DNA of 64,000 nucleotides from Escherichia phage PECP14. Positions 50,075-57,853 of the stretch are shown here, in pieces. Each line of letters starts with the position of its first letter. Position 1 is the stretch's first letter. The notes under the pieces are model-generated. The model saw only the letters and a program-made list of their open reading frames with translations, made no database searches and was not told the DNA's origin. Both the position numbers and the translations under genes were made by a program. The stretch lies in the sequence record OQ870555.1. One strand, written 5' to 3'.

Positions 50075-51076
50075 TTAGGCTGGTACTTTAGCCTGTAGAG
50101 CTGCTAGAGTCTGAGTAATTGCACCCAGGCTTACAGCGATTTGATTGATTACCTGACCGTTTGCACCGCTACCTGCAGCGATTGCTTCACGCAGACGGCA
50201 TTCATTCAGTTCGTCTTGGATACGCGCAGTAGTTACACCAGCAATCGCAGTCTGAAGTTCGCAGCAGCACTCAGCAAGCTGACGTTCGATAGCGTTCTGG
50301 TTAGCACACATCTGAGCCTGAACAGCGGCAAACTGGTTGTTAGTCTGAAGAGACTGCTGGAAAGCAATCTGGGCAGAGTCAAACTTGTCTTGTGCACGAG
50401 CGATCTGGTTAGCAGCGAAAGCTTGATCCATCTGGCGAGAAAGATCGAACTGACCCTGAATAACGTTACGAGTTTCCTGACAGATCTGGTTGGACAGGTT
50501 AGCACCAGTACCATACACAGTAGTCAGAATCTGTTGAGTGCTAGAAGCTTGAGCAGCACCTACACCATTAACAGCGCTCAGAACAGCACCAGTACCTTGA
50601 TTCGCTTCGGTACGAGCAGTGTTGATTGCAGCTAGAATACTTGCAGTATCCTGGTTAGATAGGATAGCATCCACAGCAGTTCCCTCAGCGGCAACACCAG
50701 CACCACGTCCGAAACCACCGAAACCACCGAATCCGCCTGTTAATAGAGCACCAATCAGGATAGCTCCGAATAGACCCATACCTTCACCGCCGAAAGCACC
50801 ATTTGCTACTGCTGGGTAACCACCCATCAGACCTGGGAAGCCGCTAGTGAATACGTTTACTGGTTCTTGCATTTTATGTTTCCTATGTTTATGACAGCCC
50901 TCATGGTCGTCATCTTCATCATCTTCATCGTCATCATCGTGATCACGATGTTTCTTTTCGTAGGCCTTGACCTTCTCCCACTTATGTTTGTCTGATTCCT
51001 CATGACGTCTCAGTTCTGCTGCGACTTCACTGACGGTCTCAGGTTTCTTAGTTGCTTCTTCTGTCATTTTTGACAC
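50075..51076 (-). CDS. acidic His/Asp-rich protein with glycine-zipper membrane segment and Gln/Ala-rich C-terminal region
   Basis: 333 aa; HRDHDDDDEDDEDDDHEGCHKHRKHK; LFGAILIGALLTGGFGGFGGFG; C-terminal ECCCELQ and CRLRE; RBS AGGAGGTG. Confidence 0.55.
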   Translation of the reverse strand: MSKMTEEATKKPETVSEVAAELRRHEESDKHKWEKVKAYEKKHRDHDDDDEDDEDDDHEGCHKHRKHKMQEPVNVFTSGFPGLMGGYPAVANGAFGGEGMGLFGAILIGALLTGGFGGFGGFGRGAGVAAEGTAVDAILSNQDTASILAAINTARTEANQGTGAVLSAVNGVGAAQASSTQQILTTVYGTGANLSNQICQETRNVIQGQFDLSRQMDQAFAANQIARAQDKFDSAQIAFQQSLQTNNQFAAVQAQMCANQNAIERQLAECCCELQTAIAGVTTARIQDELNECRLREAIAAGSGANGQVINQIAVSLGAITQTLAALQAKVPA

Positions 51077-51273
51077 CTCCTAGTATATAGAAAATGTGTG
51101 TCTCTTTGATCACTCATCTATAACATATACTTTACACTACCCCAGCGAAAATGTCAAGGGGTCTTTAAAAATTGCCCCCGGATTTTTAGTGGGATAACAA
51201 TTTCTGGACCTCACCACTCACCTGCTACCCTTAAGTGCCCTGCGATTTTCCACTAAAAAGTTTAAAAATTCGA

Positions 51274-51302
51274 TTGCTTGAATGCTAAATTCTCTGTATA
51301 AT
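51274..51302 (+). promoter_or_regulatory. early promoter module upstream of the NadR-like gene
   Basis: TTGCTT-17 nt-TATAAT, then ..ATAAATTTGAGAGAGGAATCAAAT-ATG. Confidence 0.65.
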
Positions 51303-51332
51303 ATATTTATAAATTTGAGAGAGGAATCAAAT

Positions 51333-52388
51333 ATGATTAAGACTGGTCTAGTAATTGGTAAGTTCGCACCATTAACGCGTGGTCATATTAACCTAATAAA
51401 CACAGCAGCAACTATGTGTGAACGAGTTATTGTTGTAGTTAGTCATGATAATCGTTGGCTGGATAAGCAGAACACACGTGATCAGGAAGTATTACAGTTA
51501 AAGAATCGACTTCGTTGGTTAGAACAAACTTACGCGGATATTGAGCACGTTTCGGTAGAGTACATTATTGAAGATGATATTCCTGAATATCCGAATGGTT
51601 GGCCGGAATATGCTAGAATCCTTAATGAAAATTATGGACATTTGCCTGAGATCACCATTTTCTCTAGCGAACTAGACTATGATGCAGAATATAAGAAATA
51701 TCTGCCGAAGTTTGGTCATTATATTGTAGATTCTGATCGGACTCGTGTTCCAATCTCAGCTACAATGATTCGTAATGATCTTATGAAGTATTGGGAGTTT
51801 CTTCCTAGCGTAGTTCGTAAAGATTACGTGCGTAAGGTTGTAATCATTGGGACTGAAAGCTCAGGCAAAACAACTTTAACAAAGTACCTTGCGAAATTAT
51901 ATAATACTTCGTGGGTAGAAGAATATGGTCGTACTTACTGCGAAGTTGATCTAGTTGGTAATGAAGAACTCCTGACTAGCGAGGACTATAATAAAATTGC
52001 ATTCAGGCACAAAGAGCTAGAGTTTGAGGCAGAACGTACTGCAAATAAGATCATGTTTGTAGACACAAATGCTTTCATTACAGAGTTTTATCACAGACTT
52101 TACGAGCATCGTAAAAATCCGGTTGTAACAGCTATTGCTAAAGAAGAGCATTATGATTTAGTTATAGTTTTAGCACCTACTGTTAAGTGGGTAGATGATG
52201 GTTTACGTATTAACTCCGATCGTTCAATTACTTCTGAACTGTTCGAGCAGATGAAGAAAGAATTTCCTAATCAGTTTCCAGAAGGGCGTACTGTATATAT
52301 TGACTCCCCGGACTATAAGGTTCGTATGGACGAAGCAGTAAACGCAGTAGACTGGCTGATTCATCACTTTAACGTTGGAGAGTTTTAA
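51333..52388 (+). CDS. nadR: bifunctional NMN adenylyltransferase / ribosylnicotinamide kinase (NadR-type)
   Basis: N-terminus GLVIGKFAPLTRGHINLI (nucleotidyltransferase H-x-G-H); central P-loop VVIIGTESSGKTTL (kinase); ATG at 51333. Confidence 0.8.
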   Translation: MIKTGLVIGKFAPLTRGHINLINTAATMCERVIVVVSHDNRWLDKQNTRDQEVLQLKNRLRWLEQTYADIEHVSVEYIIEDDIPEYPNGWPEYARILNENYGHLPEITIFSSELDYDAEYKKYLPKFGHYIVDSDRTRVPISATMIRNDLMKYWEFLPSVVRKDYVRKVVIIGTESSGKTTLTKYLAKLYNTSWVEEYGRTYCEVDLVGNEELLTSEDYNKIAFRHKELEFEAERTANKIMFVDTNAFITEFYHRLYEHRKNPVVTAIAKEEHYDLVIVLAPTVKWVDDGLRINSDRSITSELFEQMKKEFPNQFPEGRTVYIDSPDYKVRMDEAVNAVDWLIHHFNVGEF

Positions 52389-52389
52389 T

Positions 52390-53067
52390 ATGACTAACTA
52401 TCTTGTAAATGACTTTAAAAACTGGAAACCTTTGGAATATCTGTGGCTGTTTATAGCAGTCGCCTTTATTAGTTTAGCTAACTATAATGGTACAGCTCTA
52501 GATTGGGCTACTGCAATAACCAACGTGGTTTGTGTTATTCTGGTTGCAAAAGGACGTGTTTCCAACTATATTTGGGGCTTAGTTGGTGTTCTTACCTATG
52601 GTATTACAGCTTTAAACGCAGATCTTTATGGTAACGCTGCACTAAACCTGCTATACTACGTTCCTATGCAGTTTTATGGAATGTACTTATGGCATAAAAA
52701 TAAGCCAAGTAATCTGCCAGATGTTCCAACTAAGGTTCTGACTAAAGCCCAAGCTCTGCTGACTCTAGGGATTCTAGCAGTAGCCACGTTAGGGTATGGT
52801 AGTTTCTTAGCTACTACGGCTGATCCATTCCCAATGTTGGATGCATTTACTGCGGTAGGTAGTGTGATCGCTATGTGGCTTATGGTTAAGCAGTATGCCG
52901 AGCAGTGGCTGATCTGGATTGCTATTAACATTGGTACTGTATATATTTGGCTTGTAACTGCCCAGTCTACGGGTGCTTCTTATGCAATCCTAGCAATGTG
53001 GCTGGTGTTCTTAGGTAACTCTATTATGGGAGCCTATAAAGGCTACTTTGTAAGAGTTAACAAATAA
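52390..53067 (+). CDS. pnuC: nicotinamide riboside transporter (PnuC-like)
   Basis: About 225 aa with multiple TM helices and a WxxxxP-type region; start overlaps the nadR stop (TAATATG). Confidence 0.7.
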   Translation: MTNYLVNDFKNWKPLEYLWLFIAVAFISLANYNGTALDWATAITNVVCVILVAKGRVSNYIWGLVGVLTYGITALNADLYGNAALNLLYYVPMQFYGMYLWHKNKPSNLPDVPTKVLTKAQALLTLGILAVATLGYGSFLATTADPFPMLDAFTAVGSVIAMWLMVKQYAEQWLIWIAINIGTVYIWLVTAQSTGASYAILAMWLVFLGNSIMGAYKGYFVRVNK

Positions 53068-53074
53068 AGTAGTT

Positions 53075-53100
53075 ATAGCCCTCTAAGCGAGGGCTATTAT
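53075..53100 (+). terminator. rho-independent terminator after pnuC
   Basis: ATAGCCCTC-TAAGC-GAGGGCTAT followed by TATAC. Confidence 0.65.
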
Positions 53101-53114
53101 ACAGAAATTTTCAC

Positions 53115-53143
53115 TTGCTTTATATAGAAAATTTCTGTATAAT
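53115..53143 (+). promoter_or_regulatory. early promoter module
   Basis: TTGCTT-17 nt-TATAAT, then ..ATAAATTTGAGAGAGGAATCAAAC-ATG. Confidence 0.65.
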
Positions 53144-53173
53144 ATATTTATAAATTTGAGAGAGGAATCAAAC

Positions 53174-53470
53174 ATGAAACACATTGTACTTGCATTGACT
53201 CTAGTATCTACTTCTGTATTTGCTGCTCCACAACAGGAACTTTGTCAAGTTCAAGTTTGTAATAAGCTAGAACGATTTACTCTAGACATTTGGTCGCACA
53301 TTAAAGATAATATGGGTGAACAGTGTTTTGATATTGTTCTGCCAAAAGAACAAGCTGTTCCTGGGGCTGTTCTCAGCTCAGAATCACGTTGGTGGCAGGG
53401 TTCTTCTATCAACCCAACTAAGAAGTCAGTGACACGTATCAAACAAGTATATCAGTGCAATGTTCAGTAA
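53174..53470 (+). CDS. secreted small protein with signal peptide
   Basis: ATG at 53174; MKHIVLALTLVSTSVFAAPQQ signal peptide, several Cys. Confidence 0.5.
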   Translation: MKHIVLALTLVSTSVFAAPQQELCQVQVCNKLERFTLDIWSHIKDNMGEQCFDIVLPKEQAVPGAVLSSESRWWQGSSINPTKKSVTRIKQVYQCNVQ

Positions 53471-53478
53471 AATTTCAC

Positions 53479-53507
53479 TTGCTTAATGCCGAAATTTTCT
53501 GTATAAT
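53479..53507 (+). promoter_or_regulatory. early promoter module upstream of the tRNA-Ser/tRNA-Met pair
   Basis: TTGCTT (53479-53484), 17-nt spacer, TATAAT (53502-53507). Confidence 0.65.
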
Positions 53508-53521
53508 ATATTCATAAATTC

Positions 53522-53615
53522 GGAAGATTAACCCTAAAGGTAAGGGAGCTGTTTGCTAAACAGCCAGTAGCTGTGGAGACACGGTGTGCCAGTTCGAATC
53601 TGGCATCTTCCTCCA
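53522..53615 (+). tRNA. tRNA-Ser (anticodon GCU), class II
   Basis: Acceptor GGAAGAT/ATCTTCC, anticodon arm GCTGT-TTGCTAA-ACAGC, long variable arm, T-arm GCCAG-TTCGAAT-CTGGC, CCA. Confidence 0.75.
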
Positions 53616-53620
53616 AATTT

Positions 53621-53698
53621 GGTTCTCAAGCTCATTTGGTATGAGCCGTCGCCTCATAAGCGAAAGGTAGGTAGGTTCGAATCCTCCGGGAGCCACCA
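53621..53698 (+). tRNA. tRNA with CAU anticodon (Met, fMet or Ile-lysidine), copy 1
   Basis: Acceptor GGTTCTC/GGGAGCC with G-U pairs, loop CTCATAA, T-arm GTAGG-TTCGAAT-CCTCC (one mismatch). Confidence 0.7.
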
Positions 53699-53715
53699 AT
53701 TAACTAGGAGACTAT

Positions 53716-53901
53716 ATGTCTAGATTCTATGAAATGAAGAAAGCATTAGAAGAATGTCGGTGTAAGGATTGTCATGGTGGTGGTAGGCAGGATGATGCAG
53801 AACCTGGGGATATTTTCTGTAGAGAATGGGAATGTCCTACATGTAAAGGTACTGGTATCAACCCTGAATATGCAATTTGTCTAGACATTGAGCGAGGCTA
53901 A
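53716..53901 (+). CDS. hypothetical small Cys-rich protein (possible zinc ribbon)
   Basis: 61 aa; CRCKDCHGG...CPTCKG. Confidence 0.5.
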   Translation: MSRFYEMKKALEECRCKDCHGGGRQDDAEPGDIFCREWECPTCKGTGINPEYAICLDIERG

Positions 53902-54241
53902 GATGGATATTTTTACTACTCCGGCAATAAACCTTTTAGGTGTTGGCTTGTTCCAAGCTACGGTGTATCGTACTGATGATTCTACTGATGTGGTAACGTT
54001 CATCGTACCTGAGTTCTTCCTAGAAAAGTTCTTTGAAGAGTTTGAGCAGTTCCGTGAAGAACACAATGCTCATTCCGATATGGAAGATCTAGCAGCTATG
54101 TTCCCTGTGGTTTACGGCTATATCTTTGAAGGTAATGGCCTAGATCTTAATAAATCTGAACTCGTTGAACTTAATTGGGGCATCAATTTTGAAGTTGGCT
54201 CTCCATTCCCTCGATATTTCCAGGGTTTAGAGATTCGCTAA
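53888..54241 (+). CDS. hypothetical protein
   Basis: 117 aa ORF overlapping the upstream gene by 14 nt. Confidence 0.5.
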   Translation: MSEAKMDIFTTPAINLLGVGLFQATVYRTDDSTDVVTFIVPEFFLEKFFEEFEQFREEHNAHSDMEDLAAMFPVVYGYIFEGNGLDLNKSELVELNWGINFEVGSPFPRYFQGLEIR

Positions 54242-54249
54242 GATTACAT

Positions 54250-54326
54250 GGGGGTGTAATCGAATTGGCATAGGTACTGGACTTAAAATTCAGGTTTTGT
54301 GGGTTCGAATCCCACCACCCCTACCA
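54250..54326 (+). tRNA. tRNA, anticodon loop CUUAAAA (UAA, Leu-type) with short variable arm; isotype uncertain
   Basis: Acceptor GGGGGTG/CACCCCT, anticodon stem CTGGA/TTCAG, T-arm GTGGG-TTCGAAT-CCCAC, CCA; D-arm folds poorly by hand. Confidence 0.5.
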
Positions 54327-54477
54327 AATTAAGGAAATAAAATGAAAGCTATTAAGAAAGCACTACGTAAATTTATGTACTGTCGTTTTCATAGCATCAA
54401 GACTTCAACTAATGGTACGACTTATGATCGCTATGATCCTAAGTTTGGCTTACATTCTAAATAACTGGAGATAATAA

Positions 54478-54684
54478 ATGGCTAATCCTGAAATTACTGC
54501 ACAGCGCTTTATGCTGAAAGGTATTATTGCTGAAGCAGGCATGACAGAAGAAGTTGCAGATTTTCAAAAGCAGTTCCTAAATATTCTCACTCAAGCCAAA
54601 GAGCTAGGAGAGAAAGAACATGGCGCGGCTATTATGGCAATCACATTGGTTGGGCTTGATCTGGCAGAAGAATCAGGAGTTTAA
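54478..54684 (+). CDS. hypothetical protein
   Basis: 68 aa ORF with RBS GGAGATAATAA. Confidence 0.45.
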   Translation: MANPEITAQRFMLKGIIAEAGMTEEVADFQKQFLNILTQAKELGEKEHGAAIMAITLVGLDLAEESGV

Positions 54685-54714
54685 CTCCTCCAAGCAGAAA
54701 TTTTAAAAATGTAC

Positions 54715-54744
54715 TTGCTTTTTACTTAAGATTTCTGCTATAAT
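54715..54744 (+). promoter_or_regulatory. early promoter module
   Basis: TTGCTT-18 nt-TATAAT, then ..ATAAATTGATGAAGGAGTTAACGA-ATG. Confidence 0.6.
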
Positions 54745-54774
54745 AGTTATATAAATTGATGAAGGAGTTAACGA

Positions 54775-55050
54775 ATGTCAAAACGTGTTACTGCAACTGG
54801 TGTTGAAAGTGCTGTTTGTAAATCCTGGGGTGGCTGGGAAGGTGAGATTGAATGGCTTTATTTCTACGATGTAGAACTTCTGCCGGAAGTCAAAGCTAAA
54901 TGTGTGGAAGCTGGTATGGCTCCTGATGCAAAGGCTGATATCGAAATCACCATGACTAAGCTAGAAGGTCGTGTAATTACGCTCAATGATGATTATGAAG
55001 AAGTGTTCGAGCTTCCATTCAAACTGAGTGTCACCCCTAGCTTCGAGTAA
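54775..55050 (+). CDS. hypothetical protein
   Basis: 91 aa ORF with RBS GAAGGAG. Confidence 0.5.
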   Translation: MSKRVTATGVESAVCKSWGGWEGEIEWLYFYDVELLPEVKAKCVEAGMAPDAKADIEITMTKLEGRVITLNDDYEEVFELPFKLSVTPSFE

Positions 55051-55086
55051 CTGATATAGCACTGAGCAAGTTCTTTAAAATTTGAC

Positions 55087-55115
55087 TTGCTCAGTCCTTC
55101 AAAACTTGATATAAT
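55087..55115 (+). promoter_or_regulatory. early promoter upstream of a four-tRNA cluster
   Basis: TTGACTTGCTC...TGATATAAT; -35 read as TTGCTC, 17-nt spacer. Confidence 0.6.
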
Positions 55116-55179
55116 AGTTATCTAATTTGGAAAACATATTTAAAAGTGTTTAAACTAGTATTTGAATATTTCTAAATAT

Positions 55180-55270
55180 GTTGGATTAGTATCGTAGAGG
55201 TAGCGAAGCAGACTGTAAATCTGCCGACTCGGAAGGGTCTCGGGTGGTTCGACTCCATCATCCAACACCA
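55180..55270 (+). tRNA. tRNA-Tyr (anticodon GUA), class II
   Basis: Acceptor GTTGGAT/ATCCAAC, anticodon arm GCAGA-CTGTAAA-TCTGC, long variable arm, T-loop TTCGACT, CCA. Confidence 0.75.
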
Positions 55271-55277
55271 AATTTAA

Positions 55278-55354
55278 GTCCTGTTAGACAAACTGGTAAA
55301 GTCACTACCCTTTCAAGGTAGGATTTGCGGGTTCGATCCCCGCACAGGACGCCA
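55278..55354 (+). tRNA. tRNA-Glu (anticodon UUC)
   Basis: Acceptor GTCCTGT/ACAGGAC, anticodon arm CTACC-CTTTCAA-GGTAG, T-arm GCGGG-TTCGATC-CCCGC, CCA. Confidence 0.8.
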
Positions 55355-55362
55355 AATTCTGC

Positions 55363-55439
55363 ATTCCTAGAGTGTTACTGGACAGCATGTCGGTCTCCAA
55401 AACCGTACGGTCTAGGTTCGAGTCCTAGTAGGTTTGCCA
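55363..55439 (+). tRNA. tRNA-Trp-like (anticodon CCA) with imperfect acceptor stem; possible pseudo-tRNA
   Basis: Loop CTCCAAA, T-arm CTAGG-TTCGAGT-CCTAG, encoded CCA, but the best acceptor pairing carries two U-U mismatches. Confidence 0.4.
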
Positions 55440-55445
55440 ATATTT

Positions 55446-55520
55446 GCACCTTTAGCTGAGATGGATTAGCGCTTGCCTGAAGAGCTTGAGAGGTTGGATC
55501 GTTACCAACGGGGTGCACCA
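55446..55520 (+). tRNA. tRNA-Phe-like (anticodon GAA) with atypical stems
   Basis: Acceptor GCACCTT/GGGGTGC, D-stem GCTG/TAGC, loop CTGAAGA, unusual T-loop ATCGTTA, CCA; anticodon stem has two mismatches. Confidence 0.45.
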
Positions 55521-55537
55521 ATTTGAAGGAGATGCTG

Positions 55538-55810
55538 ATGCATCCTGAAAACTTCTTTATTTACTGTGCGGATAAGTCACTGAAACGCAGAATTAACAAA
55601 GTCTATCATTATCGTGCTAGTCAACAGCCTTATGTTTATGCTTTTGATGGAGAAACCATTCCACTAGAGCAGTTGGCTTGTGATTACATGGTATTGAAGA
55701 ACTTTGATGAGACAAAGATCTCAAGCGTTCATAATCGACAGAACCCATTAACGTGGAAGTATAAGAAGAAAAAGAAAGGCATCATATTTCTGAAAAATGT
55801 AGTTGCTTAA
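55538..55810 (+). CDS. hypothetical protein
   Basis: Track ORF starts at a TTG at 55523; ATG at 55538 follows RBS GAAGGAG. Confidence 0.5.
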   Translation: MHPENFFIYCADKSLKRRINKVYHYRASQQPYVYAFDGETIPLEQLACDYMVLKNFDETKISSVHNRQNPLTWKYKKKKKGIIFLKNVVA

Positions 55811-55831
55811 CCGCTTAAAGTTCTGTATAAT
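55803..55831 (+). promoter_or_regulatory. early promoter module
   Basis: TTGCTT-17 nt-TATAAT; overlaps the stop of the upstream gene. Confidence 0.65.
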
Positions 55832-55860
55832 TATTACATAAATTGAACTGGAGAAGCAAC

Positions 55861-56085
55861 ATGACAGAACAAGAATTGAAAGAACGTAAGCTGGTAATGC
55901 TTCGCTTACTAAACATTTTCTCTGGTATGGATGGTGGTATTGACTTCGTTAATCTACGTTGCTTTGTAGAAGAAGCAGAAGGTGAGGCTATCACTAGGAT
56001 TCTTAAACATATGGGTTTGTTATTAGATGTTGCTAATGTGGCTACTCAATATAAGCTCGAAGATTTACCGGAGCGTGTTAAATGA
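55861..56085 (+). CDS. hypothetical protein
   Basis: ATG at 55861 (MTEQELKERK) with RBS GGAGAAGC. Confidence 0.5.
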   Translation: MTEQELKERKLVMLRLLNIFSGMDGGIDFVNLRCFVEEAEGEAITRILKHMGLLLDVANVATQYKLEDLPERVK

Positions 56086-56273
56086 AAATGTTAGTTAAAT
56101 TTAAGTGTTGTGGTTCTGAACATATTTTCACTCGTTATAGAGAGTTTAAGATGTGTGAGTGTGGTAAGTCAGGCTATGATGCTGGAGATGGCTATTATGC
56201 TAGATCTATAGGACATTATAAAGATCTAGAGTTTACTAATCTCGAAAAGCAAGATAAATCGACCGTTGGCTGA
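56082..56273 (+). CDS. hypothetical small protein, possible zinc ribbon
   Basis: 63 aa; CCGSEH...CECG; 3' end overlaps the tRNA-Cys 5' end. Confidence 0.45.
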   Translation: MKMLVKFKCCGSEHIFTRYREFKMCECGKSGYDAGDGYYARSIGHYKDLEFTNLEKQDKSTVG

Positions 56274-56335
56274 ATGGCTTAGGCGGAGGCCTGCAAAACC
56301 TCCTTATGTGAGTTCGAATCTCATGCGGTCGTCCA
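56260..56335 (+). tRNA. tRNA-Cys (anticodon GCA)
   Basis: Acceptor CGACCGT/GCGGTCG, loop CTGCAAA, T-arm GTGAG-TTCGAAT-CTCAT, CCA. Confidence 0.65.
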
Positions 56336-56342
56336 AATTTTA

Positions 56343-56425
56343 GGGTCGTTAGCCAAGCGGTTTGGCGGTGGACTGTTAATCCATGTCGAAAGACAACGTA
56401 GGTTCGAATCCTACACGGCCCGCCA
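56343..56425 (+). tRNA. tRNA-Asn (anticodon GUU) with an unusually long (about 13 nt) variable region
   Basis: Acceptor GGGTCGT/ACGGCCC, D-stem GCCA/TGGC, anticodon arm GTGGA-CTGTTAA-TCCAT, variable GTCGAAAGACAAC (mini-hairpin), T-arm GTAGG-TTCGAAT-CCTAC, CCA. Confidence 0.65.
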
Positions 56426-56528
56426 TATTCTGTGTAGAGTTAAGTAAACCGGTAGCCAACCAGCTATCATTACTGATATCGAATTCAGTCACAGATACCA
56501 TTTTTCATTAACAACTGAGGAAATAGAT

Positions 56529-56714
56529 ATGACAACTCGTGCAATTGCTCGACTAGAAGCTGATCGTGATAATCTGATTAATAATATTAAGGTTCGTGGT
56601 AATATTATTAAGGCTCTGAAAGCTGAACTTCTTGAAGAACTTCAAGGTCAAGTAGAGCGTCGTGAAGCTCTAAAAGAGGTTGAGGAAGCTATCGAAAAAC
56701 TCAAAACTGAGTAA
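56529..56714 (+). CDS. hypothetical coiled-coil protein
   Basis: 61 aa ORF with RBS GAGGAAATAG. Confidence 0.45.
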   Translation: MTTRAIARLEADRDNLINNIKVRGNIIKALKAELLEELQGQVERREALKEVEEAIEKLKTE

Positions 56715-56723
56715 ATAAATTAT

Positions 56724-56800
56724 GCGATCGGGGCTGGCTTGGTAATGGTACTCCCCTGTCACGGGAGAGAATGTGGGTTCGAATCCCATCGGTCGCGCCA
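56724..56800 (+). tRNA. tRNA-Asp (anticodon GUC)
   Basis: Acceptor GCGATCG/CGGTCGC, anticodon arm CTCCC-CTGTCAC-GGGAG, T-arm GTGGG-TTCGAAT-CCCAT, CCA. Confidence 0.8.
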
Positions 56801-56814
56801 ATTTAGGCTATAGT

Positions 56815-57006
56815 ATGACACGCAAATATTTAGTTATTAAAGGTGAACATGCAGGACAAACTGTATACTCATTGAAATTTCATGATTATGGTTTAGCCTC
56901 AGATGATACTCGATATACTGGAATAGAGCATACAAGTGTAACATTAGACGAAACAGGTGATTATCCTAGTTTTACTATTCCTAAAGATTTCTTAAAAGAG
57001 ATTTAA
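56815..57006 (+). CDS. hypothetical protein
   Basis: Track ORF (from 56773) begins inside tRNA-Asp; ATG at 56815 (MTRKYLVIKG) preferred. Confidence 0.45.
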   Translation: MTRKYLVIKGEHAGQTVYSLKFHDYGLASDDTRYTGIEHTSVTLDETGDYPSFTIPKDFLKEI

Positions 57007-57007
57007 T

Positions 57008-57084
57008 GCTTCCATAGCTCAACTGGTTAGAGCTACCGCCTCTTAAGCGGAGGGTTGAAGGTTCAAGTCCTTCTGGGAGTACCA
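57008..57084 (+). tRNA. tRNA-Lys (anticodon CUU)
   Basis: Acceptor GCTTCCA/TGGGAGT (two G-U), D-stem GCTC/GAGC, loop CTCTTAA, T-arm GAAGG-TTCAAGT-CCTTC, CCA. Confidence 0.7.
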
Positions 57085-57287
57085 AACAAATAGAGTAAAG
57101 GCTACAGTAGGTGCACCCTTACGGACTGCTACACCGGACTCTATTCATTAACAAACATTCTAGCGTGGTGGAGAGGGGACACCAGCTTGCCGAGGGTAGA
57201 AGCTCGTTCGATTCGAGTGAAAGAATGGTTCTCGTAAATCCGCACAAGTGATAGCAGGTTCAAGTCCTGCCTAGATTGACTTATTAT
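57085..57287 (+). other. tRNA-like remnants / unassigned structured segment
   Basis: Two T-arm-like hairpins (GCTCG-TTCGATT-CGAGT near 57202-57218; GCAGG-TTCAAGT-CCTGC at 57254-57270) and an acceptor-like pairing ATAGAGT/ACTCTAT (57090-57146), but no complete cloverleaf or CCA in my folds. Confidence 0.35.
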
Positions 57288-57361
57288 GCGTTCGTAGTTA
57301 AAAGGTATAATTTTTGGTTGCCAACCAGAAGTTGAGGGTTCGATTCCCTCCGACCGCACCA
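57288..57361 (+). tRNA. tRNA-Gly (anticodon GCC)
   Basis: Acceptor GCGTTCG/CGACCGC, loop TTGCCAA, T-arm GAGGG-TTCGATT-CCCTC, CCA. Confidence 0.7.
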
Positions 57362-57609
57362 AATTTAGGTTTCTGCTTCCTAGAGAACGAACTCCTAGAT
57401 AAACAAGGTGATGAGTTTCCGGCCGGTTCTAGTCGCTGAAAATCCTCCCGACCAGGTAGGTGTAAGTAAACGAAAGTTTACTTATTAAGTAAGTCCGACA
57501 CATCGGCGGGTGTGTTCTAGTACTTAAAGAAGGTCTAGCAAACTTTCTCGCTAGCATGAGTTGATAGCTCGGTGACTTACCTAATAAGTAAATTTATTAA
57601 AAAATGTAG

Positions 57610-57638
57610 TTGCTATTTAGCTTAATTCTCTGTATAAT
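57610..57638 (+). promoter_or_regulatory. early promoter module upstream of tRNA-Pro / tRNA-CAU
   Basis: TTGCTA-17 nt-TATAAT. Confidence 0.65.
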
Positions 57639-57670
57639 ATATTTTATAAAGTGAGTTAACAAAGAATATT

Positions 57671-57748
57671 CTCCGTGTAGCTCAGTTTGGCCAGAGCGTT
57701 TCGTTTGGGGCGATAGGGTCGGGGGTTCAAATCCTCCCACGGAGACCA
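57671..57748 (+). tRNA. tRNA-Pro (anticodon UGG)
   Basis: Acceptor CTCCGTG/CACGGAG, D-stem GCTC/GAGC, loop TTTGGGG, T-arm GGGGG-TTCAAAT-CCTCC, CCA. Confidence 0.75.
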
Positions 57749-57754
57749 AACAAT

Positions 57755-57832
57755 TGCGGGTTAGATCTCTGGTAGAGATCGCTAGTCTCATAAGCTAGAA
57801 AGAGGTAGGTTCGATTCCTGCACCCGCTTCCA
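57755..57832 (+). tRNA. tRNA with CAU anticodon (Met, fMet or Ile-lysidine), copy 2
   Basis: D-stem GATC/GATC, anticodon arm CTAGT-CTCATAA-GCTAG, T-arm GTAGG-TTCGATT-CCTGC, CCA; first acceptor pair is a mismatch. Confidence 0.7.
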
Positions 57833-57853
57833 ATTCAATAGAAGGATTTCGAA

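Noticed and set aside
51192-51204. 13-nt match to the lac operator core (GGATAACAATTTC) in the intergenic region upstream of the 333-aa minus-strand gene.
   Set aside because: Only one half-site matches and the partner half is poor (TTAGTGG versus TTGTGAGC); most likely chance or a generic AT-rich element, not a LacI site or vector remnant.
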